From: Bacillota bacterium
GTDB taxonomy: Bacteria; Bacillota; Clostridia; Christensenellales; Aristaeellaceae
Direction of reading: 5' to 3'
Length of the DNA: 64,000 nucleotides
Assembly: GCA_023402355.1 (NCBI GenBank)
Contig: JAEXCG010000179.1
Coordinates: forward strand, 27,637-91,636
Part shown: piece by piece, positions 57,301-64,000 of the stretch
How the letters are laid out: each line of letters starts with the position of its first letter
Numbering within the stretch: position 1 is the first letter of the stretch
Program-made: the position numbers and the translations under genes
Notes under the pieces: model-generated
Databases searched by the model: none
Told to the model about the DNA's origin: nothing
The model's input: the letters and a program-made list of their open reading frames with translations, nothing else

Positions 57301-59083
57301 TGATATTGAAGGCGCTGGAGTTCGTCGTACTTCCGGTATAGTACGCCATGATGGCTTCCTTATTGTTTTGGAAATAAGCCGGGAGACCCTCGGTCGGTTC
57401 TAAAGCGACCATCGTCATCAACCTGGACGGCCCCAGACGGACGGCTGCAGCAAACGCATCCGCGCTCGCCTCCGAGATGGTATAGCTTCCAAACTCTTCT
57501 TCACTCACCGCGGCCTTGAAAAAGAGCATCGATCCCAGTTCCGGGGTAAAAGGCGCTTCATTTGCGACGGCCGTGCCGTCATCCGGCGCGTTGTCGGCAG
57601 CGCTCTCCATCTCTTCCAACAGCGTCCATTCTACCTGAACCTTATAAGAATTGCCCTGCGCGTCCATCGCCTCAACCGTGCGCGGCAAATAAGCCTTCAC
57701 GTCCACAACCGTGCCAAGCGCGGCAACCTCCGCCTCGGGGATTTCGACGAACACCATGGGCGCTTCGCTGGCCAAACAAACGAGCTCAATCGGCTCCACA
57801 AACGTCCCGCCAAGGCTGATCATGGCGATAAAGAAGGGCGCGTATTGCTCGGAAATAGCGTAGCGCTCCGCCGCGCCTTCAGAGATGGCGGGGACGAAAT
57901 AATAAAACATGTTCCTCTTGCGCACAAACTTGATCCTGTCGCGCGCATCGCCCACAAACGTCCACGCGATGGGCACGTCGTACGCATTTCCCTGTGCGTC
58001 CTGCGCCGCAATCGTCGCGGGCAGATAGCGCATCATGGCGTTCAGATCGGTTACCTGCTCCATCTGATCGTCCGGAATGACGATGGTGAGTTCCTGCGTT
58101 TTGACCAGCTCTATTGGGCCTGTCAGCGCCGCCTCTCCCGGCGTTGCCTCGCCCGGTGTCGCGGCGGAGTCCGGCAGTTTTTCTGACTTCAACGTCTCCT
58201 CCGGCTCTGGCGTGCCTTCCGGTTCACGCGTAGGCTGAGGCTCCGGCGTAGCATCAGGCCGCAGCGTCGCCGCAGGCGCCAGTGTTGCTGTGGCCCCAGG
58301 CTCCAGCGATGCCTCCGGTTCCAACGTGACCTCCGGCGATGACGTAGTTTCCGGAATCACGGTCGTGTCCGTCGCGGCTGTGGGGTCGGGCGACGCAGTC
58401 GCCTCCGGTGCCATCGATGTCTCCGGCTGTGGCGTCTCTGACGATGTCTCTAGATCACACGTCAGCACGCACAGAGGATGCCCGTCAAAACTGCGCACAT
58501 CCGCGCGTTTGTTCTCTTCCTGTTGCAGCAAGACCGTCTGCGCGTCCGTCAGATTCAGCAGTGCAGAGACCGGAATATATCCCTTTTGTACGCCGTCCTG
58601 CGTATCAAAATAGACGCACGCCGCCCTCTCTTCAATTCCGCCGACGTACACCACCTGATGGGCACACAGCGTCGTCAGGCGCGTGCGCAGCGTCCTGCGC
58701 GTGTACACGGCAGCGTCCAGCGTTAGGCGTGCATAGCCGATAGTCAGACCGACTATATCCTCTTCTGTCTCCTGTTCCGGCATTTCCGTCGGAGCAGAAG
58801 TCTGCTCCGGCGCAGGCGTCGCGGTCTGTTCCGGTATCGCGGCGCTGCTCTCCTGCTCCGGCGTCTGCGTAGGAGCAGGTGTGAATTCAGTCTCAAGGAC
58901 CACCGTGGTTTCTTCCCGCACGGCCTCGGATGGCGTCGCATCTGCTTCAGCGAAGCCGCCTACAGGCGAGAAAACGAGCGCCATGCACAGCATGACGGAC
59001 AACGCCCGCTTTGATGTTCTCACGCAAGACCCCATCATTTTTATGAATGCAAGCCGTCCGCCATTTCCGTGCATCGCGCTCAT
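51371..59083 (-). CDS. giant secreted multidomain protein (2570 aa): SH3-like, Big_4-like Ig, Listeria-Bacteroides repeat, 13 MBG-like repeats, unassigned C-terminal region
   Basis: Signal peptide ...ALSVMLCMALVFSPVGGFAEA. Domain evidence in order:
- P/T/E-rich linkers
- two units with LP(A/R)T(I/V)...V(P/Q)(I/V).W
- a block TLVFDGNGA...GYTFKGWNTA...LYAIW
- 13 units with Q.K.YG..D..L.Y...L..GD.LSG.L.R..GE..G.Y.I

I see no LPXTG, SLH or C-terminal TM. Confidence 0.85.
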   Translation of the reverse strand: MSAMHGNGGRLAFIKMMGSCVRTSKRALSVMLCMALVFSPVGGFAEADATPSEAVREETTVVLETEFTPAPTQTPEQESSAAIPEQTATPAPEQTSAPTEMPEQETEEDIVGLTIGYARLTLDAAVYTRRTLRTRLTTLCAHQVVYVGGIEERAACVYFDTQDGVQKGYIPVSALLNLTDAQTVLLQQEENKRADVRSFDGHPLCVLTCDLETSSETPQPETSMAPEATASPDPTAATDTTVIPETTSSPEVTLEPEASLEPGATATLAPAATLRPDATPEPQPTREPEGTPEPEETLKSEKLPDSAATPGEATPGEAALTGPIELVKTQELTIVIPDDQMEQVTDLNAMMRYLPATIAAQDAQGNAYDVPIAWTFVGDARDRIKFVRKRNMFYYFVPAISEGAAERYAISEQYAPFFIAMISLGGTFVEPIELVCLASEAPMVFVEIPEAEVAALGTVVDVKAYLPRTVEAMDAQGNSYKVQVEWTLLEEMESAADNAPDDGTAVANEAPFTPELGSMLFFKAAVSEEEFGSYTISEASADAFAAAVRLGPSRLMTMVALEPTEGLPAYFQNNKEAIMAYYTGSTTNSSAFNIKGYFKTSFIKTTYSDNGYQNYIQLGDDGNTKQQIPKGVTNGNVTRVTLGDAETPVDFKQEIRLDDGGRTVQVKYILSNPDSQNAITVKIGSCADTQIGDNDRATVTWIEGKRGSGLVMEDTSTSTKGARFNLSIENPTTVWFGGYTSRSENVFTSVDKDSVSDIDSGIAYSWTVELSAGGTVERTATFKIDSVLQIIAHQVNMTDTIDVTIDYEDKQGRIVTPKYKLDNGAYTSGTGKEVTDASGRDSQTFNIPIPDGWEADSLHTVTFMLTDDEGFESPSYDVRIVYKKVDGEDSENPHPARQRTLVFDGNGAASGSVGSLSGYEAETTTLPKNGFTRPGYTFKGWNTAADGTDALHSPNDSFKIPVLSSDAESEEVRLYAIWDAVQATPPRSVGISISVDELVYGYAENACTLTATASAAADHTLSYQWYEGDAPIAEATKMSYSVPVGKAVGSYRYHCVITATYTLNGMTATATTAVKPLMVTPAALTVTAQGYAGEYDGNAHGIAVSCTVSGARITYRVGDTADYTSNAPTFKDAGTYVVYYQVTCENYNPATGSETVQIDRKPVTVMPQSGQTKVYGEPDAVLTYAVADGISLSGQLARASGEAAGSYTILQGTVDDAHNPNYRVDFDSSVLFTVEPKPITIYPVAGQSKQYGFADPAVFPYQPLTAGALVSGDKLSGHLVRDRSAADSEAVGSYAFSWQDAQGQDVNYAITVDGGMRFTIERRKITVIPAAGQTKIYAEQDGTLAYTVGGNGLVGGERLSGALSREPGEETGAYYIRQGTLTSDNNPSYEIEFSVSDVTFDVLPRAVSVTPNAGQGKVYGGGDPALTYTLSEPLAQGNAVTGALSRAAGEDAGTYEITLGTLDAGKNYTLSITQGVLFTIAVKGVKVVPRNGQGKVYGEADGALLYDAEGLEAGDVLQGALSRAAGEEVGTYHITLGDLHHDNYIVEFTQGVPFTVSRRPVVVTPDAGQSKVYDGTETTPELRYTVSLNAGSPLTGPALVGSDALSGSLTRAKGRDVGDYGILQGTLTDGQNPNYALTFTSGVDFSIDPRPVIVTPRKGQSRPYDGTEDTPTLLYDVTLPTGSTLDGPALAGQDALSGKLSRAAGRDVGTYEILPGDVAHPNYIVTFITGVTFEITRRPVQITPVADQRKTYGETDGTLVYKTLGLVKDEKLTGALSREAGEDAGHYKILQGSVTDGNNPNYAVSFETGVTFLIGRKHVTVTPLDGQGKVYGEDDPTLIYQAEGLVGSDMLSGTLSRVPGENVGTYGILQGTLTDDENPNYRIEFSAAGRSLTISRKPITLTPEAGQHKTYGDPEPALTYTPDVPLVAGDALRGSLEREKGFLAGTYSITRGSITNTANPNYDITFVPGETFEIVPKPVTVTPKADQGKVYGDRDAGRLSYTVEPALINGDALAGELTREPGEDAGTYEIGPGTLRNPNYAITLTPNVTYTIAPKPVRVIPSDGQEKVYGDADPEKLSYTCTGLLADDTVSGDLRRVTGESAGTYAYTLEGLTASPNYTLTLNTGFFTIHRRNMNVIPDGGQGKIYLEDDPELTYKVEGMLPGDALSGSLGREPGEDAGVYRINQGSLQNQNYNIQIVLQKDVSFTIERRSIRKYGLMTKVIAQEFTGASIKPTFDVYDYKGPLLKQDTDYTVSYQNNKDLGEAVIRIQGTGNYNDLLEASFRIVAPLAWQDIQIGDGELRIAITPDSDLRIGNSVYTSIVTDRKNDYREFEAKIELELLPELSDSAEETEEGSLMPVRAVLDVSALPDVDETGEQAFTLRDLHLSQRMLGNLAEQRITHVSFTLDETQLMVPIASFAERNILEIKQRLSNVKNAARFRLRMQPVSRAELSTEERRILEDLNCASPIYYVEAYMFVNGVKTDVTSLLPDLSLHIQIGDDWTDEEKEAARILCIGAQTEQKKEDQISYLQPQFVEGQTQDSVYVYEPEDARLRWGYCEAPILQKGYYVLVR
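52460..55606 (-). repeat. array of 13 diverged tandem MBG-like (YG-type) domain repeats, ~78-90 aa each
   Basis: Each repeat starts with one of: QTKVYGEPD, QSKQYGFAD, QTKIYAEQD, QGKVYGGGD, QGKVYGEAD, QSKVYDGTE, QSRPYDGTE, QRKTYGETD, QGKVYGEDD, QHKTYGDPE, QGKVYGDRD, QEKVYGDAD, QGKIYLEDD. Confidence 0.8.
58127..58453 (-). repeat. low-complexity Pro/Thr/Glu/Ala-rich linker in the giant gene
   Basis: ETSSETPQPETSMAPEATASPDPTAATDTTVIPETTSSPEVTLEPEASLEPGATATLAPAATLRPDATPEPQPTREPEGTPEPEE... Confidence 0.8.
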
Positions 59084-59327
59084 TCCCGTATCCTCTTTTC
59101 ATCTGTTTTCTATCTATTAGGAAAAGAAGCTTGTGCTTTCTTCTCTTCTTCGGCTAATTATTACTTTTCTATTTCTCAATGTGTTTTTTCTTTAGATCAG
59201 TATACACAACGCATTGAACTCTGTGTTCAACATTGTAAATTCGACATGTTTTTCAATAAAATTGTCATTTCTTCGGCGCGAGCGATACAAATGTTAAGCG
59301 TTTATTACAAAACTATGTCGGCGCACT

Positions 59328-59367
59328 AAAAGAGCCCACCCCTTCGGCAACTGCCGGAGGGGCGGGT
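59328..59367 (-). terminator. rho-independent terminator after pckA
   Basis: Minus strand: CCCGCCCCTCCGGCA-gtt-GCCGAAGGGGTGGG (13 pairs, one mismatch) followed by CTCTTTT. Confidence 0.8.
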
Positions 59368-59397
59368 TATGATTCGTATTCGCTTGTCGGAAAGTGC

Positions 59398-60975
59398 TTA
59401 CTCAGCCTTCGGGCCTGCGGCGACGATCTTGGCGTCCATGCCCTCGTACTTGGAGAAATTCTTTACGAACATCGCGGCCAGCTTCTTGGCCTGCTCGTCG
59501 TACGCGGCCTTATCCTGCCACATGTCGCGCGGGATCAGCACCTCGGAAGGCACGCCCGGGCAAGAGGTCGGAACCTGCACGTTGAAGATCGGGTCGCTCA
59601 CGAACTCGGCCTTCTCCAGGTCGCCGTTGAGCGCGGCGGTCACCATCGCGCGGGTGTAGGGCAGCTTCATGCGGTTGCCACCCTTGCCGGCGGGGCCGCC
59701 GGCCCAGCCGGTGTTGACCAGGTAGACGTTCGTGCCGTACTTCTCGATCTTCTCGCCCAGCATCTCGGCGTACTTGGAAGCCGGACGCGGGAGGAACGGC
59801 GCGCCAAAGCACGTAGAGAAGGTCGCCTGCGGCTCGGTCACGCCGCGCTCGGTGCCGGCCAGCTTCGCGGTGTAGCCGGTCACGAAGTGATACATCGCCG
59901 CTTCCTTGGACAGCTTGCTGACCGGGGGCAGCACGCCGAAAGCGTCCGCGGTCAGGAAGATGACGGTCTTCGGGACGCCGCCCACGCCCGGAATCGCGGC
60001 GTTGGGGATGTAATCGACCGGATAACCCACGCGAGTGTTCTCGGTCACGGAGCCGTCGTTAAAGTCGTACACGCCGTTCTCGTCGATGGTGACGTTCTCG
60101 ACCAGCGCGCCAAACTTGATGGCGTTCCAGATGAAGGGCTCGTTCTCCTTGGAGAGGTTGATGCACTTGGCGTAGCAGCCGCCCTCGATGTTGAAGACGC
60201 CGTTGTCGCTCCAGCCGTGCTCGTCGTCGCCGATCAGCATGCGGTCCGGGTCCGCGGACAGCGTGGTCTTGCCGGTGCCGGAAAGGCCGAAGAACACGGC
60301 CGTGTCGCCGTCCTTGCCGATGTTGGCGGAGCAGTGCATCGGCAGCACGCCGTCAGCAGGCAGCAGGAAGTTCATGACGGAGAAGACGGACTTCTTCATC
60401 TCGCCCGCATACTGGCTGCCGGCGATGACGACGACCTTCTTCTCGAAGTTCACGCAGATCGCGGCCTCGGAGTGCACGCCGTCCAGCTCGGGAATGCACT
60501 TGCAGCCCGGCGCGCAGATGACGGTGAAGTCCTCCGTGAAGCTGTCAAACTCCTCCGCCGTCGGGCGGATGAGCAGGTCATGCATGAACATGTTCTGCGA
60601 GGCGAGCTCGTTGATCACGCGGATGCTGCGGCGATACTTGGGGTCCGCGCCGGCAAAGCCGTCGAACACGAACACTTCCCGGTTCTGCAGATACGTGGCC
60701 ACGCGGGTCAGAATCTTGTCGAACTTTTCCGCGGTCATCGGCACGTTGATCTTGCCCCAGGCGATCTCATCATGAATCGCGGGGGTGTCGACCACATAAC
60801 GGTCCTCCGGGGAACGGCCGGTGTACTTGCCGGTCATGACGGTCAGCGCGCCCGTTTCAGACAGGACGCCCTCGCCGCGCTCCAGAGCCTTTTCGGTCAG
60901 GCGCGCAACAGCCAGGTTGTGATAGACTTTCGCAGGGTTGATAATGCCCCACTTTGCGAGGTTTACTTCGTTCAT
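59398..60975 (-). CDS. pckA: phosphoenolpyruvate carboxykinase (ATP)
   Basis: GKYTGRSPEDRYVV ... FFGLSGTGKTTLS ... IGDDEHGW. I placed the start at MNEVNLAK, which has GGAGGG 8 nt upstream. Confidence 0.95.
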   Translation of the reverse strand: MNEVNLAKWGIINPAKVYHNLAVARLTEKALERGEGVLSETGALTVMTGKYTGRSPEDRYVVDTPAIHDEIAWGKINVPMTAEKFDKILTRVATYLQNREVFVFDGFAGADPKYRRSIRVINELASQNMFMHDLLIRPTAEEFDSFTEDFTVICAPGCKCIPELDGVHSEAAICVNFEKKVVVIAGSQYAGEMKKSVFSVMNFLLPADGVLPMHCSANIGKDGDTAVFFGLSGTGKTTLSADPDRMLIGDDEHGWSDNGVFNIEGGCYAKCINLSKENEPFIWNAIKFGALVENVTIDENGVYDFNDGSVTENTRVGYPVDYIPNAAIPGVGGVPKTVIFLTADAFGVLPPVSKLSKEAAMYHFVTGYTAKLAGTERGVTEPQATFSTCFGAPFLPRPASKYAEMLGEKIEKYGTNVYLVNTGWAGGPAGKGGNRMKLPYTRAMVTAALNGDLEKAEFVSDPIFNVQVPTSCPGVPSEVLIPRDMWQDKAAYDEQAKKLAAMFVKNFSKYEGMDAKIVAAGPKAE

Positions 60976-61145
60976 TGGGTATCCCTCCATCGTTCATGAT
61001 ACGTCCGTGCCGCAGCGCGGACAAGTGAAGTGATTGGACAGGCAAGGAACGTGCTTACAGAAAATCCAATCCTTACCCTTATTTTATCGTTTCGACGAGA
61101 TTCCTATTTTTCCTGCTGCTCGTTAAATAAAAATCAAAATTTTCT

Positions 61146-61997
61146 TTATTTTTTCTTGATTCGATCGATCTCCCACGCGATGCGCGCGAAATCCTCCAGG
61201 GAGAGCGTTTCTCCGCGCGCCGCGGGCGAAATGCGCGCCGCCGCCAGGCAGGCGTCCGCTTCCTCGCGCGACAGGTTCAGCGACGCCTGCAGGTTGTTTC
61301 TGATCGTCTTTCGCCGCATGGCAAAGGCCGCGCGCGCCACGCGAAAGAAGAGCGCCTGCGAGGGAACGGCCACCGGCGGTTCCTTTCGCATCCGCAGCAC
61401 CATAAAGGAAGAATCGACCTTGGGGCGCGGCGTGAAGCATGCGGCAGGCACGCGCACCGCCTCCCGCGCCTCGGCGTGGTACGCGCAGAGCACGGCCAGC
61501 AGGCCGTACGCCTCTTCGCCCGGCGCCGCCAGCATCTTTTCCCCCACCTCCCGCTGCACCATCACCGCCACGCGCTGCACGGGCAGACCTTCCGTGAGCA
61601 GGCGCGTCAGCACGGGGGTTGTGACGTAGTAAGGCAGGTTCGCGACGACCAGAAAAGGCGCGTCCTTTCCGAAGGCGTCGGCCGTCAGGGCGCGAAGGTC
61701 GGCCTTCGTCGCGTCGGCCTGCACGACGGAGGCATTTGGACAATCGCGCAGCACATCCGCCAGCACGGGCAAGAGCTCTCGGTCCAGCTCCAGCGCCAGC
61801 ACGCGATGCGCGCGCGCGGCGAGGCACGCCGTCAGCGTGCCGCCGCCCGGCCCGATCTCCAGCACGTCGTCCGCGCGCGTCACCTCCGCGGCGTCCACCA
61901 GGCTCTCCAGCAGCGCTTCGTCGAAAATAAAGTTCTGTCCCAGGCTATGCTTAAAGCGAAAGCCGTGTTTTGATACGGCCTCCTCAGACCTTCCCAT
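61146..61997 (-). CDS. rsmA: 16S rRNA (adenine1518-N6/adenine1519-N6)-dimethyltransferase
   Basis: FRFKHSLGQNFIFD ... VLEIGPGGGTLT ... VANLPYYVTTP. Confidence 0.92.
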   Translation of the reverse strand: MGRSEEAVSKHGFRFKHSLGQNFIFDEALLESLVDAAEVTRADDVLEIGPGGGTLTACLAARAHRVLALELDRELLPVLADVLRDCPNASVVQADATKADLRALTADAFGKDAPFLVVANLPYYVTTPVLTRLLTEGLPVQRVAVMVQREVGEKMLAAPGEEAYGLLAVLCAYHAEAREAVRVPAACFTPRPKVDSSFMVLRMRKEPPVAVPSQALFFRVARAAFAMRRKTIRNNLQASLNLSREEADACLAAARISPAARGETLSLEDFARIAWEIDRIKKK

Positions 61998-62559
61998 GCG
62001 GCGTCTCTCCTTTCTGATCGTTCGGCAGCATCATGGCGTAAAAGATGCGCACGGCGGCCGCGATCAGCACGAGGTCGCCGAGGCTCGCAAATCCCCCCGC
62101 CAGCGGGATGACGTCGCCGAGGAGCGGCAGGCGGGTGGCCGCGTCCTGCATCGTGTACCCGTATATTTCCCCGGCGATCAGCTTCGCGATCCCCGCTTCC
62201 TGTCCGGCGGCCATCGCCGCGGCCCGGGACACGGGCATTTGAAAGCCGTTTACGGCGATGACCCCAAAGTTCATCGCCGCGCCCACGCCCGCGGCGAGCG
62301 CGCCCACATCCCATTTGGCGTTGCGCAGGGCGAAGGCAAAGAGCCCTGCGTACTGCAGGAGGATCTGCGCCGCCCGCACCGGCGAGGGGATGAAGATAAA
62401 CCTGGAGGCCGCCTGAAAGGCAGCCTCCAGCAAAAAAGACCCTATGGGCAGCGCCAGCCAGGCGACCTCGCTCCCGGCCATTCTGGAAAGCCCGCCCCCC
62501 TTGCGGCGCGCGAGCAGCACGCACACGAGGGCCAGCGGAAGCGCAAAGACAAGCATCAT
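61984..62559 (-). CDS. DUF5317-like small membrane protein
   Basis: 191 aa with ~5 TM helices. NFGVIAVNGFQMPV ... LGDVIPL. It follows the HD-GYP gene directly. The family call is from memory and is of moderate certainty. Confidence 0.6.
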   Translation of the reverse strand: MMLVFALPLALVCVLLARRKGGGLSRMAGSEVAWLALPIGSFLLEAAFQAASRFIFIPSPVRAAQILLQYAGLFAFALRNAKWDVGALAAGVGAAMNFGVIAVNGFQMPVSRAAAMAAGQEAGIAKLIAGEIYGYTMQDAATRLPLLGDVIPLAGGFASLGDLVLIAAAVRIFYAMMLPNDQKGETPHGKV

Positions 62560-62572
62560 GTGGTTTCCTCCC

Positions 62573-63856
62573 TCAGGGAAGGTCGATCGATTGAACGACT
62601 CGCTCCATCGCCTTGACTACGTCGCTGTGAAACTGATTTCCCGCTTCCTCCTGAAGGATGGAGAGCGCCTTTTCCTTCGTCATCCCCTTGCGGTACGGCC
62701 GGTCGCTCGTCATGGCGTCAAAGGCGTCCGCGATGGAGAGGATGGCCACCTCCTGCGGCAGCTCGCTCAACGGGATGCCGGACGGGTATCCCTTCCCGTC
62801 GAAGCGCTCGTGATGGTGCAAAATCGCGCTCTTCGCCGTCTCCGAAAGGTTGAGCTGGCTGACGATCCGATAACCCGTCTCCGGGTGTTGGCGGACGATT
62901 TCCCACTCTTCCGCGTCGAGCGGGCCGTTTTTGTTGAGCACCCGGTCATTCACGCCGATCTTTCCGATGTCGTGCAGGAGCGCCGCCACGCGCAGGTTGT
63001 CCACCCGCCCGCTGGAGAGGCGCATTTCCTGCGCGATGCGCACCGCGTATTCGCTGACGCGCCGCGAGTGACCCTCGGTATAGGGATCCTTGGCTTCAAT
63101 GGCGCTGGAAAGCGCCATGATCATGCGCACGTACTGTTCCTTGCTGTCGATGTAGAGCTTGAACGAGTAGCGCGCCAGCATCAGCGGCAGCATAAAGAGC
63201 GCCAGCATGTACTCGCCGCCCGGAAGCTGCAGGAGATAGGCGAGCAGGATGCCGATGGGCATGGTCGCCAGCACGTTGGGCAGGATGCCCATGATGTTTT
63301 CGCGCAAGCATCCGCGCACGTCCTCCCCGCCCAGCGCGAAGAGCACCATCAGGAGCATCAGATTGACCACCATGACGACGACGGAGTACAAAAAGCTGGT
63401 CAGTATCGAATAGGGCAGCCGGAAGTCTGCGCCGTTCCCGCCCAGATACATGAACACGACGTTCGCAAACGAGAGCGCGATCAGGACGATGCAGGTGTTG
63501 AACGTGAGCTGCACCGGCTTGTGCAGGACGCTCGGGCCGTGGCGCTTGGTCTTTTCGTCGCGGGAAAACATGAGCAGCGTGCTCAGCGCGTAGAGAAGCT
63601 GCGCCGTCGGCGCGCTCATCGTCAGCACCGCCGTCAGCACGATGATGAAGGAGACGTCGACGATGTGCTCACTGGAAAGCTGCAGGGGCATGGAACGAAA
63701 GAGCGCCATCAGCGCCAGCATGACGAGCATGCGCGGCAGAGCCTGAAGGGGCCCCGCCTGACGGATGGCGAGAAGGATCGGCGGAATATCCGCAACCGTT
63801 ATGACAAGACCTATGACAAAGATGAACGCGATATAGGCCTTCTGGCTCTTTTTCAT
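62573..63856 (-). CDS. membrane-anchored HD-GYP domain protein (putative c-di-GMP phosphodiesterase)
   Basis: 427 aa. Polytopic N-terminal half, then HSRRVSEYAVRIA ... LLHDIGKIGV ... HHERFDGKGYPSG. Confidence 0.88.
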   Translation of the reverse strand: MKKSQKAYIAFIFVIGLVITVADIPPILLAIRQAGPLQALPRMLVMLALMALFRSMPLQLSSEHIVDVSFIIVLTAVLTMSAPTAQLLYALSTLLMFSRDEKTKRHGPSVLHKPVQLTFNTCIVLIALSFANVVFMYLGGNGADFRLPYSILTSFLYSVVVMVVNLMLLMVLFALGGEDVRGCLRENIMGILPNVLATMPIGILLAYLLQLPGGEYMLALFMLPLMLARYSFKLYIDSKEQYVRMIMALSSAIEAKDPYTEGHSRRVSEYAVRIAQEMRLSSGRVDNLRVAALLHDIGKIGVNDRVLNKNGPLDAEEWEIVRQHPETGYRIVSQLNLSETAKSAILHHHERFDGKGYPSGIPLSELPQEVAILSIADAFDAMTSDRPYRKGMTKEKALSILQEEAGNQFHSDVVKAMERVVQSIDLP

Positions 63857-64000
63857 GATGTACCTCTAACCGTTCACGGGAACGGCGCACACAGGAATCG
63901 ATATGAGAACAGATCCGACGGCGCGTTGCTTTTAGGTTATCCGAATGGGGACCTTAGAATCTCCAGCCGAAGAAAGCGCCGGAAGAAAGCAGGAACGAAG

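Noticed and set aside
60976-61145. A cre-like element (TGTAAGCACGTTCC) and a TTGTCC-17-TATCAT promoter upstream of pckA.
   Set aside because: The cre match breaks the central CG of the consensus, and the promoter hexamers are weak. This is not enough to report as a feature.

Overview
This is a high-GC, Firmicutes/Clostridia-like chromosomal window (taxonomy is inference from RBS style, gene content and composition). It is densely coding and mostly on the minus strand. I found no rRNA, tRNA, CRISPR array, transposase or integrase by eye.

Housekeeping genes I recognise:
- purC (partial, runs off the window edge)
- hisF and hisH
- carB and carA
- purA, dapF, pyrG
- a BMP-type (nucleoside-like) ABC transporter with four genes
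- mazF, nnr, acpS, birA, pckA and rsmA

Accessory or regulatory modules:
1. A BlaI-family repressor (with a canonical promoter and a perfect TACA-N2-TGTA palindromic operator) is followed by two tandem paralogous M56/BlaR1-like membrane metalloproteases. Their extracellular sensor parts are giant (about 730 and about 1400 aa), built from shared repeated modules I cannot assign. They lack a penicillin-binding domain and no effector gene is adjacent. This is my top candidate for an undescribed signalling system.
2. A compositionally mosaic 7.7-kb gene encodes a 2570-aa secreted protein with 13 MBG-like tandem repeats. A markedly lower-GC LytTR response regulator and AgrC/LytS-type kinase pair follows it.
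3. A fused double-DUF1538 membrane protein sits next to a tandem PII-like protein. This pair is convergent with an operon encoding a pseudo-receiver ANTAR regulator and a glutaredoxin-like protein.
4. A macrodomain gene and a SirTM-like sirtuin gene overlap, with no lipoyl-carrier or ligase partners nearby.
5. Also present: MoxR/DUF58/transglutaminase, ECF sigma/anti-sigma, HD-GYP/DUF5317, and an apparently antitoxin-less mazF.

All family assignments come from reading the translated ORFs for motifs. No database search was run.
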